Position numbers and translations under genes: made by a program. Below the pieces are notes generated by a model. The model worked only from the letters and a program-made list of their open reading frames with translations, ran no database searches and was not told where the DNA came from. From Pedobacter sp. (GTDB taxonomy: Bacteria; Bacteroidota; Bacteroidia; Sphingobacteriales; Sphingobacteriaceae), in assembly GCA_039810685.1 (NCBI GenBank), contig JBDHXL010000009.1, positions 8,029 to 72,028 of the forward strand: a stretch of DNA of 64,000 nt. Reading direction: 5' to 3'. Positions 56,038-64,000 of the stretch are shown here, in pieces. The stretch's first letter is position 1, and every line of letters starts with the position of its first letter.

Positions 56038-58040
56038 TGCCCAAAAAGATACTCATTTGCTTGGCTTTGTTGCTACTATTGGTGGGCAGAGGCTTGGCTC
56101 AAGACCTCAAAACAACAATTGCCGGAAACAAAGAACTGGACTCGCTCCGGAAATTGGAAGAATCTGGAAAAGACTCGGTGGTGTTTACGGCCAAATACAT
56201 TCGTTATACTACTTATAAACTGAGCAAAGACAGCATACAGACTTTACCTATCGATACTTTGCTCTCGGGCATACAGCATTTTAGTCCAATTGCCAAGCCC
56301 AAACGCCCAACTATCGGTACAGGATTGATTGGTTTAGCTGCTGCCCCTTTGTTGTTTGAGCCGAATAAGCAAATAGGCTTTCAGATGGGTTTTCGGGCAT
56401 TGGATGATTACAAACTGAAACACGATGACATTTTGTTTTACAGAGCCCGATCGCCTTTTACCAGCCTTTCTTACATAAGTGCAAGCGATAATGTACAATT
56501 GCTCAAGATTACCCATTCGCAAAACATAAAGCCCAATTGGAACTTTGGAGCTAATTTTAACCGAATTGGGGCAAATGGCTTTTATGCCCACCAAAGGGGC
56601 GATGATTTGAATGCCTCACTATTCACTTGGTTTCATACTAAAAACAAACGTTATAATTTGTGGGTTGATGCTGTCTTTAACACACTAAAAGCACAAGAAA
56701 ATGGTTCTTTGCTTCGCGATACCACTATTTTTACAGTTGTCAACGGAGAGCTTATCAACAAAAAAGCAGAGCCCGTTAGGCTAAACACAGCTATGCAAAT
56801 TTATAGAGATAATTCTCTACAGCTAAGACACAGCTATTTTGTAGGGCGTATAGATAGCAGCAAGTATAACCAAAACGTGCTGCCTACCAATAAGCTTACC
56901 CACACTTTCTCGCTCAGCAAAAGTACTTATGCCTTCCAAAAAAATGAAGCAGATACTTATCAGGTTTTACCCAGTACGGTGATGGCTGATGCCAGCTTTA
57001 CCAACGATACAACAAGTGTAAAGCATATTAGCAATGAGTTTATTTATAGCTTTTATTTGCGAGCAAAGGGCAGTGCTTTTGTTAAAAATGAGTTTAAGAT
57101 TGATGCAGGGCTAAGGCATGATTATTATGAGGTAGGGCAGTGGGTTATGAAACCCAATAAATTAGCGCAAGTAGCTCGCGAGTTTGCACTGCAAAATACG
57201 AGTTTGTTGGGCAATGTTGGTTATCGTTTTAGTGATAAAATTAACTTTAACCTTGCGCTGCAACAGGTTTTTCAAGGCAGACAAGCTGGAGATTACCTTT
57301 ACGAGGCCGAAGCCCAATTTTTGATGAGCAAGAAAGCAGGTCGAGTGGTGATGTCTGCTTTTCTACAAAACAAATCGCCCGAAGAACTGTTTATGCGTTA
57401 CGAGGGCAATCATTATCGTTGGGACAACAGCAGCCTGTTTGATCATAGCCATACCACCAATTTTAGTTTCAATTATTTTAATGATTTTTTAAAACTAGAA
57501 GCCAGTGCGTCCTATTACTTACTCAACAAATATTTGTATTTTGCAGAATCAACCAATACCGCTAGGGCTATTATACCCCAACAATATAACGGTAATATTA
57601 GCCTATTGCAGTTGAAACTGGGTAAAAAATTAGATTTTGGCTCTTTCCATATTGATAGCTACGGGGTTTACCAGAAAAATGACAAATCGTCTTTGTTGCG
57701 TACTCCCGATTTCTATTTGTACACGAGCTTATTCAAAGATCAAACATTTTTTAAAGCCTTGAAAACTCAGGTAGGATTTGATGTTTATTACAACAGTAGT
57801 TACACTTCCAAATCATATTCTCCGGCAACGGCACAGTTCTACAACATTAGCCCCATCGTATTTGGCTCAAAACCTGTGGTTGATGCCTGGTTGAAAGCCG
57901 GCTTGCTTAGGGCCAATCTTTTTATCAAATACCAGTATGCCAATCAAGGGCTTTTCAGTAAGGGCTATTATACGGTAAATCGTTATCCAATGCCCGACCG
58001 TTTGTTGCTCTTTGGTGTTACTTGGAATTTTTATGATTAA
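56037..58040 (+). CDS. Putative porin (Bacteroidota Porin_10-like beta-barrel)
   Basis: Signal peptide, FYRARSPFT.L.Y, HSQNIKPNWNFG, C-terminal FGVTWNFYD; TAATG overlap with PNP. Confidence 0.75.
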   Translation: MPKKILICLALLLLLVGRGLAQDLKTTIAGNKELDSLRKLEESGKDSVVFTAKYIRYTTYKLSKDSIQTLPIDTLLSGIQHFSPIAKPKRPTIGTGLIGLAAAPLLFEPNKQIGFQMGFRALDDYKLKHDDILFYRARSPFTSLSYISASDNVQLLKITHSQNIKPNWNFGANFNRIGANGFYAHQRGDDLNASLFTWFHTKNKRYNLWVDAVFNTLKAQENGSLLRDTTIFTVVNGELINKKAEPVRLNTAMQIYRDNSLQLRHSYFVGRIDSSKYNQNVLPTNKLTHTFSLSKSTYAFQKNEADTYQVLPSTVMADASFTNDTTSVKHISNEFIYSFYLRAKGSAFVKNEFKIDAGLRHDYYEVGQWVMKPNKLAQVAREFALQNTSLLGNVGYRFSDKINFNLALQQVFQGRQAGDYLYEAEAQFLMSKKAGRVVMSAFLQNKSPEELFMRYEGNHYRWDNSSLFDHSHTTNFSFNYFNDFLKLEASASYYLLNKYLYFAESTNTARAIIPQQYNGNISLLQLKLGKKLDFGSFHIDSYGVYQKNDKSSLLRTPDFYLYTSLFKDQTFFKALKTQVGFDVYYNSSYTSKSYSPATAQFYNISPIVFGSKPVVDAWLKAGLLRANLFIKYQYANQGLFSKGYYTVNRYPMPDRLLLFGVTWNFYD

Positions 58041-58047
58041 TTGTTCA

Positions 58048-60138
58048 TCAGTTGGCCAGTAGTTTGATTTGTTGATAAAAGCCTTGATTACTTTTCACCC
58101 TTAAAAGGTAAATACCACTTGGCAAATTGCCAAAATTAGCTACGGCAAAATTATCGTTGTTTGTTTTTGCTTGATAAGCTATTTCGCTGTACAATTTACC
58201 TGTTGTGTTATACAAGCTCAATGAAAGTAGGTGCCCGGCTAAGTTGTTAATATGTAATAAGGCGGTTGTATTGGTTGGGTTGGGTGCTACAAGCACGTTT
58301 CCTGCTGATGCTAAACCAAATAGTGTACTAACAATACTTTGTTTACTTATTTTTCCGTCAATATCCACTGCGCTTAAACGATAATAATTTGTACCCTTTG
58401 TAGGTGCCTTATCGAGTGCAAAATATCTGTTTATTCCAGCCTGTAACTGGGCTTTTTGATTGCTGAGTAAAGTCCAATCGAATTGATTTGTAGATTTTTC
58501 GATGATGTAATGAGATAACTTTTCTTCTTGAGCACTCTCCCAAACCACTTGGATGTGTTGATTGTTGGCTTTTGCATTAAATTGAATTAGGTTGATTGGT
58601 AACGTTAATCCATCGGGAGCAACGTTGCTTTCTGTGCTTTCGTTGCTCATGCGGTCAAGTGCACGGATTGCGTAGTAATACGAATTGCCGGCACCCGGGT
58701 TTACTTCATTGTCGGGATAATTGGTTTGGCTAGCAGGTAAAATTGCTATGAGTTGGCTTGCATCGTTGAAGTTGATGTTTGGACTGGTAGATCGATAAAC
58801 CGTATAGCGTACTACTTTTTGCAGTTCATCGGTTTCGCTTGGGGCACTATCCCACGTTAGTTTTGTTTTTCCGCCCACAAGACTAGAGTTGAGGCCAGTT
58901 GGCGCATTTGGGCTAATAGGGTCAATCCAGGTCATTGGCGGAATTATTGCCAAGGTGCTGTATTGGTTGTCGCGGATATACTCCATGGTACTTTTTGAAG
59001 CCGGTAGTGTCGTAACGGTTTGTGCGGCTCTAAAATGTGCGGCTCCTTTTATGTTGGGGCAGTTGTTTCGCAGGTAGTTGAGCTGGTTCTTTATCTCATC
59101 TGTACTAAATGCAGAGCCAGTACCATCATTGGTGCGATAAGTGCCTAGGCCAATAAATAAGTGACGATTAAAATTGAGTGCATTCCAATAATCGGTAATG
59201 TAATTGAATTTAGCATTGGCTGTAACCTGACTAAAAGCCCAATAAACCTGTGGGACTAAATAGTCTATTAGTCCATCCTCCATCCATTTCTTGGTGTCGG
59301 CATATTGGGTACTATAATGTTGAGATCCGGTAGTGGTTATACTTGGCGATGAACCAGGAACAGTAAAATTTTTATAAATACCTGATGGAGAGATGCCAAA
59401 TTTTACCCAAGGTTTTAGACTTTTTATTGAATTGCTAAGTTGTTGTATCAATAGGGTGACGTTGTCTCTGCGCCAATCGTTGATATTGGCAAAACCACGT
59501 GGGTCGCTACTGAAATTGCTTTGGTCTTGAGTGCCAAGACCTGAATAGTAGAAATAATCATCGAAATGTATGCCGTCCAAATCATAATTGTTCACCAATT
59601 CACGAACCACATCATCTATATGGTTTCTTACTGCACTTAGTGCGGGGTTGAAATATTTGAGGGTGGTGGAGCCACTCACTTGTTCAAGTAACCACTCGGG
59701 ATTGGTTTTGGCTTTGTGATTAGCGGTATAGCTATTAATATTTGAGGCATCTGTAGCGGCACGGTAAGGGTTGAGCCAAGCATGTAGTTCCATGCCTCTG
59801 TTGTGGCATTCTTGTATAGCAAATGCTAACGGATCCCAAAGTGGGTCTTGGCCATAGGTGCCTGTCATGCGGTTAGACCACGGAACAATTGCGCTAGGAT
59901 AAAGCGCATCGCCTATACTTCTTACCTGAAAGTAGATGGTGTTTATGCCCAATGTTTTCAAATTGTCAAGCATGGCGGTAAGCTTGCTCTTTTTGGTAGC
60001 AGTAGCGTCAGCTGCTACCGGCCAGTCGAGACCAAAGTGTGTGGTTATCCAAACGGCTCGTAGCTCATGTTTTGGGTTTTGGGCTTCTAGCCCCAGAGAT
60101 AGCGTGATTAGTAAGCAAAAAAGAGCAATTTTTTTCAT
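58048..60138 (-). CDS. GHL10 (DUF187) glycosyl hydrolase-like protein with FN3, Ig-like region and T9SS CTD
   Basis: Signal peptide; ELRAVWITT...DWP, HAWLNPYR, DGIHFDDYFY, PQVYW; FN3 (APTGL...YYYAIRALDR.SNES); TLPINL..F; APNPT...GIYLLRV. Confidence 0.85.
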   Translation of the reverse strand: MKKIALFCLLITLSLGLEAQNPKHELRAVWITTHFGLDWPVAADATATKKSKLTAMLDNLKTLGINTIYFQVRSIGDALYPSAIVPWSNRMTGTYGQDPLWDPLAFAIQECHNRGMELHAWLNPYRAATDASNINSYTANHKAKTNPEWLLEQVSGSTTLKYFNPALSAVRNHIDDVVRELVNNYDLDGIHFDDYFYYSGLGTQDQSNFSSDPRGFANINDWRRDNVTLLIQQLSNSIKSLKPWVKFGISPSGIYKNFTVPGSSPSITTTGSQHYSTQYADTKKWMEDGLIDYLVPQVYWAFSQVTANAKFNYITDYWNALNFNRHLFIGLGTYRTNDGTGSAFSTDEIKNQLNYLRNNCPNIKGAAHFRAAQTVTTLPASKSTMEYIRDNQYSTLAIIPPMTWIDPISPNAPTGLNSSLVGGKTKLTWDSAPSETDELQKVVRYTVYRSTSPNINFNDASQLIAILPASQTNYPDNEVNPGAGNSYYYAIRALDRMSNESTESNVAPDGLTLPINLIQFNAKANNQHIQVVWESAQEEKLSHYIIEKSTNQFDWTLLSNQKAQLQAGINRYFALDKAPTKGTNYYRLSAVDIDGKISKQSIVSTLFGLASAGNVLVAPNPTNTTALLHINNLAGHLLSLSLYNTTGKLYSEIAYQAKTNNDNFAVANFGNLPSGIYLLRVKSNQGFYQQIKLLAN

Positions 60139-60256
60139 GTACAAAGTTTTAAAACCGCATAAAAATGCAAAAAATCTTAATTAGACGCAAAAAGATTTAA
60201 AAAAAATTAAGACTTAAAAAATTGTTAGATAGTTATTTAAATAAAATTGCCTGTTT

Positions 60257-61525
60257 TTATGTTTTTTGATGTTTCTTCTTAGCTGCTGGAAAAAGCACGT
60301 TATTCAGAATTAATCGGTATCCGGGCGAATTGGGGTGTAAATTGAGATCGGTAGGGGGGTCGTTTACCATGTGTTGATAATCTTCGGGGTCATGACCGCC
60401 ATAAAATGTAAATTGCCCTTTTCCAATCTCGCCATGTAGGTAGCGCACTTCGGCACCTGCTTTGTTTTCGCCCATGACTGTAATACTGGGTTTTACCAAT
60501 TTTTTTCGAAAAGCAGTAGTTTGGCCCATAAAACCTTTTATTACTTTTTCGTGGTTTTGGGTGAGCATGCTGGGTACTAAATCCCATTTTGCAGAAAAAT
60601 CAAAAAGGGTGAAGAAATCATTACTTTCGTTGAAATTTCGGTTTTGGGTAACATCTATATCAGAAAACTCATAATTGTAGGGGTTCATGTCGAGCGTAAA
60701 ATTGCTAAATGCCAAACTTTTGTTGAAATCTAATCGCTGTTGAGCTTGGCTATCTACACCGTCACCATCAAACATACGCTCTACAATATCGAGCCCTTCG
60801 GCCGCTAAGGCAATGTCAAAACTATCCGTGCCCGAACACATGGCAAATAAAAAACCACCACCTACACAAAATTCTTTAATGCGTTTTGCTACGGCAAGTT
60901 TTAACTGAGAAACCTTGTTAAAACCGTTTCTTTTTGCGGTAGCCTCTTGCGTTTTTACATCGTCTTGGTACCAGGCTGTATGTCTAAAATTAGCCCAAAA
61001 ACGCCCATATTGCCCGGTAAAATCTTCGTGGTGCAAGTGTAGCCAATCATATCCAACTAGTTTGTCTTTTAAAATTTCCTCGTCATAAATAACGTCGTAT
61101 GGTATTTCGGCATAGCTCAGTACTAATGTTACCGCATCATCCCAAGGTAGCTTACTTTTAGGCGAATAGACAGCAATTTTTGGTGCTTTTTCTAGTTTTA
61201 CCATCTCCATGTTAACGGCAGGATCGCTAATTTGGTTGAGCAGGGTAATGACTTTTCCGTCGGCCAGTATTTCGTAGGAAACGCCTCTTATTTTGCATTC
61301 GTCTTCAATATTTTTTTGGTATTTGACCAAAAAACTGCCACCTCGGTAGTTGAGCAGCCAGTCCACTTCGGTTTGCCGATTTTTAATACTCCAATACGCT
61401 ATTCCGTAAGCTTTGAGGTGGTTTTTTTGGTCTTCGTCCATGTAAATAAGTATAGACGAAGCCTTCATCCAGAGCGGAAATAACTGCAAAAGGACAAGCA
61501 AAACGAAGGATATTTTTAGACGCAT
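60257..61525 (-). CDS. Conserved exported Bacteroidota protein with class I glutamine-amidotransferase-like domain (function unknown)
   Basis: Signal peptide; QKNHLKAYG, WLHLHHEDFTGQYG, GGFLFAMCSG (nucleophile-elbow Cys), GGHDPED, GYRLILNNVLFP. Confidence 0.75.
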   Translation of the reverse strand: MRLKISFVLLVLLQLFPLWMKASSILIYMDEDQKNHLKAYGIAYWSIKNRQTEVDWLLNYRGGSFLVKYQKNIEDECKIRGVSYEILADGKVITLLNQISDPAVNMEMVKLEKAPKIAVYSPKSKLPWDDAVTLVLSYAEIPYDVIYDEEILKDKLVGYDWLHLHHEDFTGQYGRFWANFRHTAWYQDDVKTQEATAKRNGFNKVSQLKLAVAKRIKEFCVGGGFLFAMCSGTDSFDIALAAEGLDIVERMFDGDGVDSQAQQRLDFNKSLAFSNFTLDMNPYNYEFSDIDVTQNRNFNESNDFFTLFDFSAKWDLVPSMLTQNHEKVIKGFMGQTTAFRKKLVKPSITVMGENKAGAEVRYLHGEIGKGQFTFYGGHDPEDYQHMVNDPPTDLNLHPNSPGYRLILNNVLFPAAKKKHQKT

Positions 61526-61631
61526 ATTCATATCAACATACGAATGTACATTTTTTAACTATCCTTTTAAGTTGCATAGCTAGCTTTTTTTGCAGACTTA
61601 GCCTTGCATATATTATGGTTTAACAGCTCTT

Positions 61632-62648
61632 TTACTTGCTTAACTCGCCAGCCAAAGGAATTTCCATTTGTTTTTTTATGGCTTCTACGTCAGTACTAGC
61701 TCCCAAAAGATACATAAGCTTAGTTACGGCTGCCTCAAATGTCATATCGTAGCCACTAATTACTCCCATGCGGCTCAATTCGCTACTGGTTTCGTAAACG
61801 CCCAAAAGTACCGAGCCTCTTTTGCATTGCGATATGTCAACAATAATTTTACCTGCTTGGGTAGCTTCTTCTATGCAAGCCAAAAACCAGGAGAAAGTTG
61901 GGGCATTGCCAGAGCCAAAAGTTTCGAGCACTATAGCACGTACTTTTGATTGTGTAACAGCACGTACTACTTCTTCGGTGATACCCGGATAGAGTTTTAG
62001 CACACCAATATTAGCATCAAACTGGGTTTGGATAAAAAATGCCTCGCTAGGATGAGGTAAAATTTCTTTGTGAAAATAGCTAAGCTGCACACCTGCCTCG
62101 GCCAAGATAGGACAGTTGGGCGAACGAAAAGCTTCGAATTTTTCGGTGTTGTATTTGATTGATCGGTTACCTCTAAAAAGTTGGTTATCGAAATAGATAC
62201 ATACTTCAGGTACAATCGCCTTATTGTTTTGCTTACTGGCAGCAATTTCTAAAGCAGTGATGAGATTTTCTTTTGCATCAGTTCTGATTTGACCAATAGG
62301 TAGCTGCGAACCGGTTAAAATTACAGGTTTTGCCAAGTTGCGGAGCATAAAGCTTAGTGCAGAAGCTGTATAGGCCATGGTATCGGAGCCGTGCAAAATT
62401 ACAAAACCATCAAACGCTGTATATTTCTCTTCTATCATCTCGGCCAATATCTTCCATAGCTCGGGATGCATATTAGAGGAGTCGATGATAGGTTTAAAAG
62501 AATGTACAACAATCTCATAATTTAATCGAGCAAGTTCTGGTGTGTGTTGGATGATTTGTTCAAAATCAAAAGGAACCAATACACCAGTTGCTTCATCGGT
62601 TACCATTCCAATAGTGCCACCGGTGTAAATTATGAGAATTTTAGTCAT
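61632..62648 (-). CDS. ansA: L-asparaginase type I (cytoplasmic)
   Basis: IYTGGTIGM, HGSDTMAYTAS, TGSQLP, no signal peptide. Confidence 0.95.
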   Translation of the reverse strand: MTKILIIYTGGTIGMVTDEATGVLVPFDFEQIIQHTPELARLNYEIVVHSFKPIIDSSNMHPELWKILAEMIEEKYTAFDGFVILHGSDTMAYTASALSFMLRNLAKPVILTGSQLPIGQIRTDAKENLITALEIAASKQNNKAIVPEVCIYFDNQLFRGNRSIKYNTEKFEAFRSPNCPILAEAGVQLSYFHKEILPHPSEAFFIQTQFDANIGVLKLYPGITEEVVRAVTQSKVRAIVLETFGSGNAPTFSWFLACIEEATQAGKIIVDISQCKRGSVLLGVYETSSELSRMGVISGYDMTFEAAVTKLMYLLGASTDVEAIKKQMEIPLAGELSK

Positions 62649-62747
62649 GGAAGATATAGATTGAACTACAAATTAAGGAACAATCTAAGAGCTTTTTCGT
62701 TTTTATTGAATTTTTATGACTTAGCTAATTTTTTGTGCTATATCTTG

Positions 62748-63269
62748 TTAATTTTTTGTTAAAGAACGAGCCAGTTCGTCAAAATCGTATCCAGCACGGA
62801 GTAAGGCACGTTTGGCAGCACCCAAAACAACATCGCTGGTATTGATGGGGTGAACGGGCACAGGTGTTGTTTTTTCTAGTTCAGATAAAATTTCTTGAGT
62901 TTGGTTTTGGGTCAATTTTTCACAAATATCATACATCCCACCGGGTTCTTCTTCTAATAAGTCATGTTTATCTAAAATGTATTTCAATACTTTTATAGCC
63001 TCGGCGGTAGGACTAATGGTCATTAGGGCTGTTAGTGCACCATGATCTAGCCTTAATTGCGCTGCTAGCGGTATGGGCACACCATTGTTAGCTCTTTGTG
63101 CAGCAGGGAAAAGTATCTTTTCTTCCATTTTGATGTGCGTGAGCAGTCCCGTTCTGAAAAGATTATAGTGTTCCATTGCTATTTGTTGCGGATTGACCAA
63201 TGCATCATCCAAAATACGCTCGATACGTCTGTGGTCATTGGTAAAGTAATCGTGCAGTGCTTTGTTCAT
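62748..63269 (-). CDS. Hemerythrin/HHE cation-binding domain protein
   Basis: DHRRIE, HIKMEEKILFP, LDHG, HDLLEE: H...HxxxE...H...HxxxE di-iron ligand pattern. Confidence 0.82.
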   Translation of the reverse strand: MNKALHDYFTNDHRRIERILDDALVNPQQIAMEHYNLFRTGLLTHIKMEEKILFPAAQRANNGVPIPLAAQLRLDHGALTALMTISPTAEAIKVLKYILDKHDLLEEEPGGMYDICEKLTQNQTQEILSELEKTTPVPVHPINTSDVVLGAAKRALLRAGYDFDELARSLTKN

Positions 63270-63352
63270 TTTCTTAGGCTTTAATAGTCAAATATCGCTT
63301 CTTTTTTAATAGGATTTCTTACAGCAGAAAAATGTGAACTATGTTTGACTGT

Positions 63353-64000
63353 TTAGTGGTATCGTAATATAAAATCGCTCAAACTTTCACCATTTGGAAT
63401 ATTGAATTTCTTACGGAGGCGATACCTACCATTTTCTACTCCTTTTATGGAGAAATGTAGCAGTTGAGCAATTTCTTTAGATGATAAATTCATTTTTAAA
63501 TAGGCACATAATTTCAAATCGCCCGAAGTTAGATCTGGGTAATCACTTTTAAGTTTTTGCAAAAATTTGTTGTGTACTTCATCAAAATGTATAGAAAATT
63601 GTTCCCAATTGTGTTCTTGCCGTTCTTCATGTAATAACAATTTGAGCAATTTATTGAGATCGTTTTTTTGCTCTCGGTTTTGGCTTTTGGCAGATATGGC
63701 ATTGAGTTCTTCTTTAATTTTGTTGAGTAGGCGACTGTGATTATACAAGTGCATGGTGGTAGAAGCTAACTCCTTGTTTTTATAGCTCATTTCAGCTTCT
63801 AATCGTTCGTTTTTAAGCTTTACAATCTCTTTGTCGTTTTTTTCTAACTCCAGTTCGTGTACATATTTGAGATGTGCTTGCTTCTCTAAGAAACTGATTT
63901 TTTGTTTTTTTAATCGTTTTTTGTGGTAATGTAATGCCAAGTAAACCAAAGCAACAATTGTCAATAGGTACAGAAAGTATGCAATTTTGGTTTGGTACCA
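63353..64000 (-). CDS. Membrane-anchored sensor/regulator with Y_Y_Y-type periplasmic domain and C-terminal LuxR-like HTH (5' truncated)
   Basis: Frame open to base 64000 (WYQTKIAYFLYLL TM segment), coiled coil, KNKELAS, LCAYLKMNLSSKEIA...VENGRYRLRKK. Confidence 0.85.
   Translation of the reverse strand, partial: WYQTKIAYFLYLLTIVALVYLALHYHKKRLKKQKISFLEKQAHLKYVHELELEKNDKEIVKLKNERLEAEMSYKNKELASTTMHLYNHSRLLNKIKEELNAISAKSQNREQKNDLNKLLKLLLHEERQEHNWEQFSIHFDEVHNKFLQKLKSDYPDLTSGDLKLCAYLKMNLSSKEIAQLLHFSIKGVENGRYRLRKKFNIPNGESLSDFILRYH

Noticed and set aside
60257-61525. Call as asparagine synthetase B
   Set aside because: It lacks the N-terminal Cys, the SGGxDS PP-loop and the synthetase domain, and it has a signal peptide.
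443-63284. Many short ORFs in the six-frame track (e.g. 6153-7040, 25903-26307, 41049-41381, 46372-46614)
   Set aside because: They lie antisense or out of frame within well-supported genes and show no recognisable motifs, so they are shadow ORFs.
1-64000. CRISPR arrays, IS elements, prophage, rRNA, REP families
   Set aside because: No regularly spaced repeats, transposase, phage genes or rRNA signatures were seen, and the terminator hairpins differ from each other in sequence.

Overview
A 64 kb core-chromosome segment from a Bacteroidota bacterium, most likely Sphingobacteriaceae (Pedobacter-like). The assignment rests on gene content, TAnnTTTG (-7) promoters, T9SS genes and the nadK-porG-uppS-bamA-skp-skp-murI cluster. 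It holds about 51 CDS (partial PorT at the left edge, partial Y_Y_Y/LuxR regulator at the right edge), one tRNA-Lys(UUU) and several intrinsic terminators. I found no CRISPR array, rRNA, integrase, transposase or prophage. The most notable region is 34.9-45.6 kb. There a PorU-like C25 'sortase' paralogue with an intact His/Cys dyad, a putative lectin-like insert and a T9SS CTD is translationally coupled to a motif-divergent AsnB-type amidotransferase. It is flanked by a GT4 glycosyltransferase and a FemAB-like GNAT, echoing the Wbp/Vim protein-anchoring pathway of Porphyromonas. Other observations: a perfect operator-like palindrome before a DUF2975-Xre module, many near-leaderless promoters, a Bacillus LplJ-like lipoate ligase, a T9SS-secreted GHL10 enzyme and an exported GATase-fold protein of unknown function. 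All family calls come from motif recognition by eye; no database searches were run.
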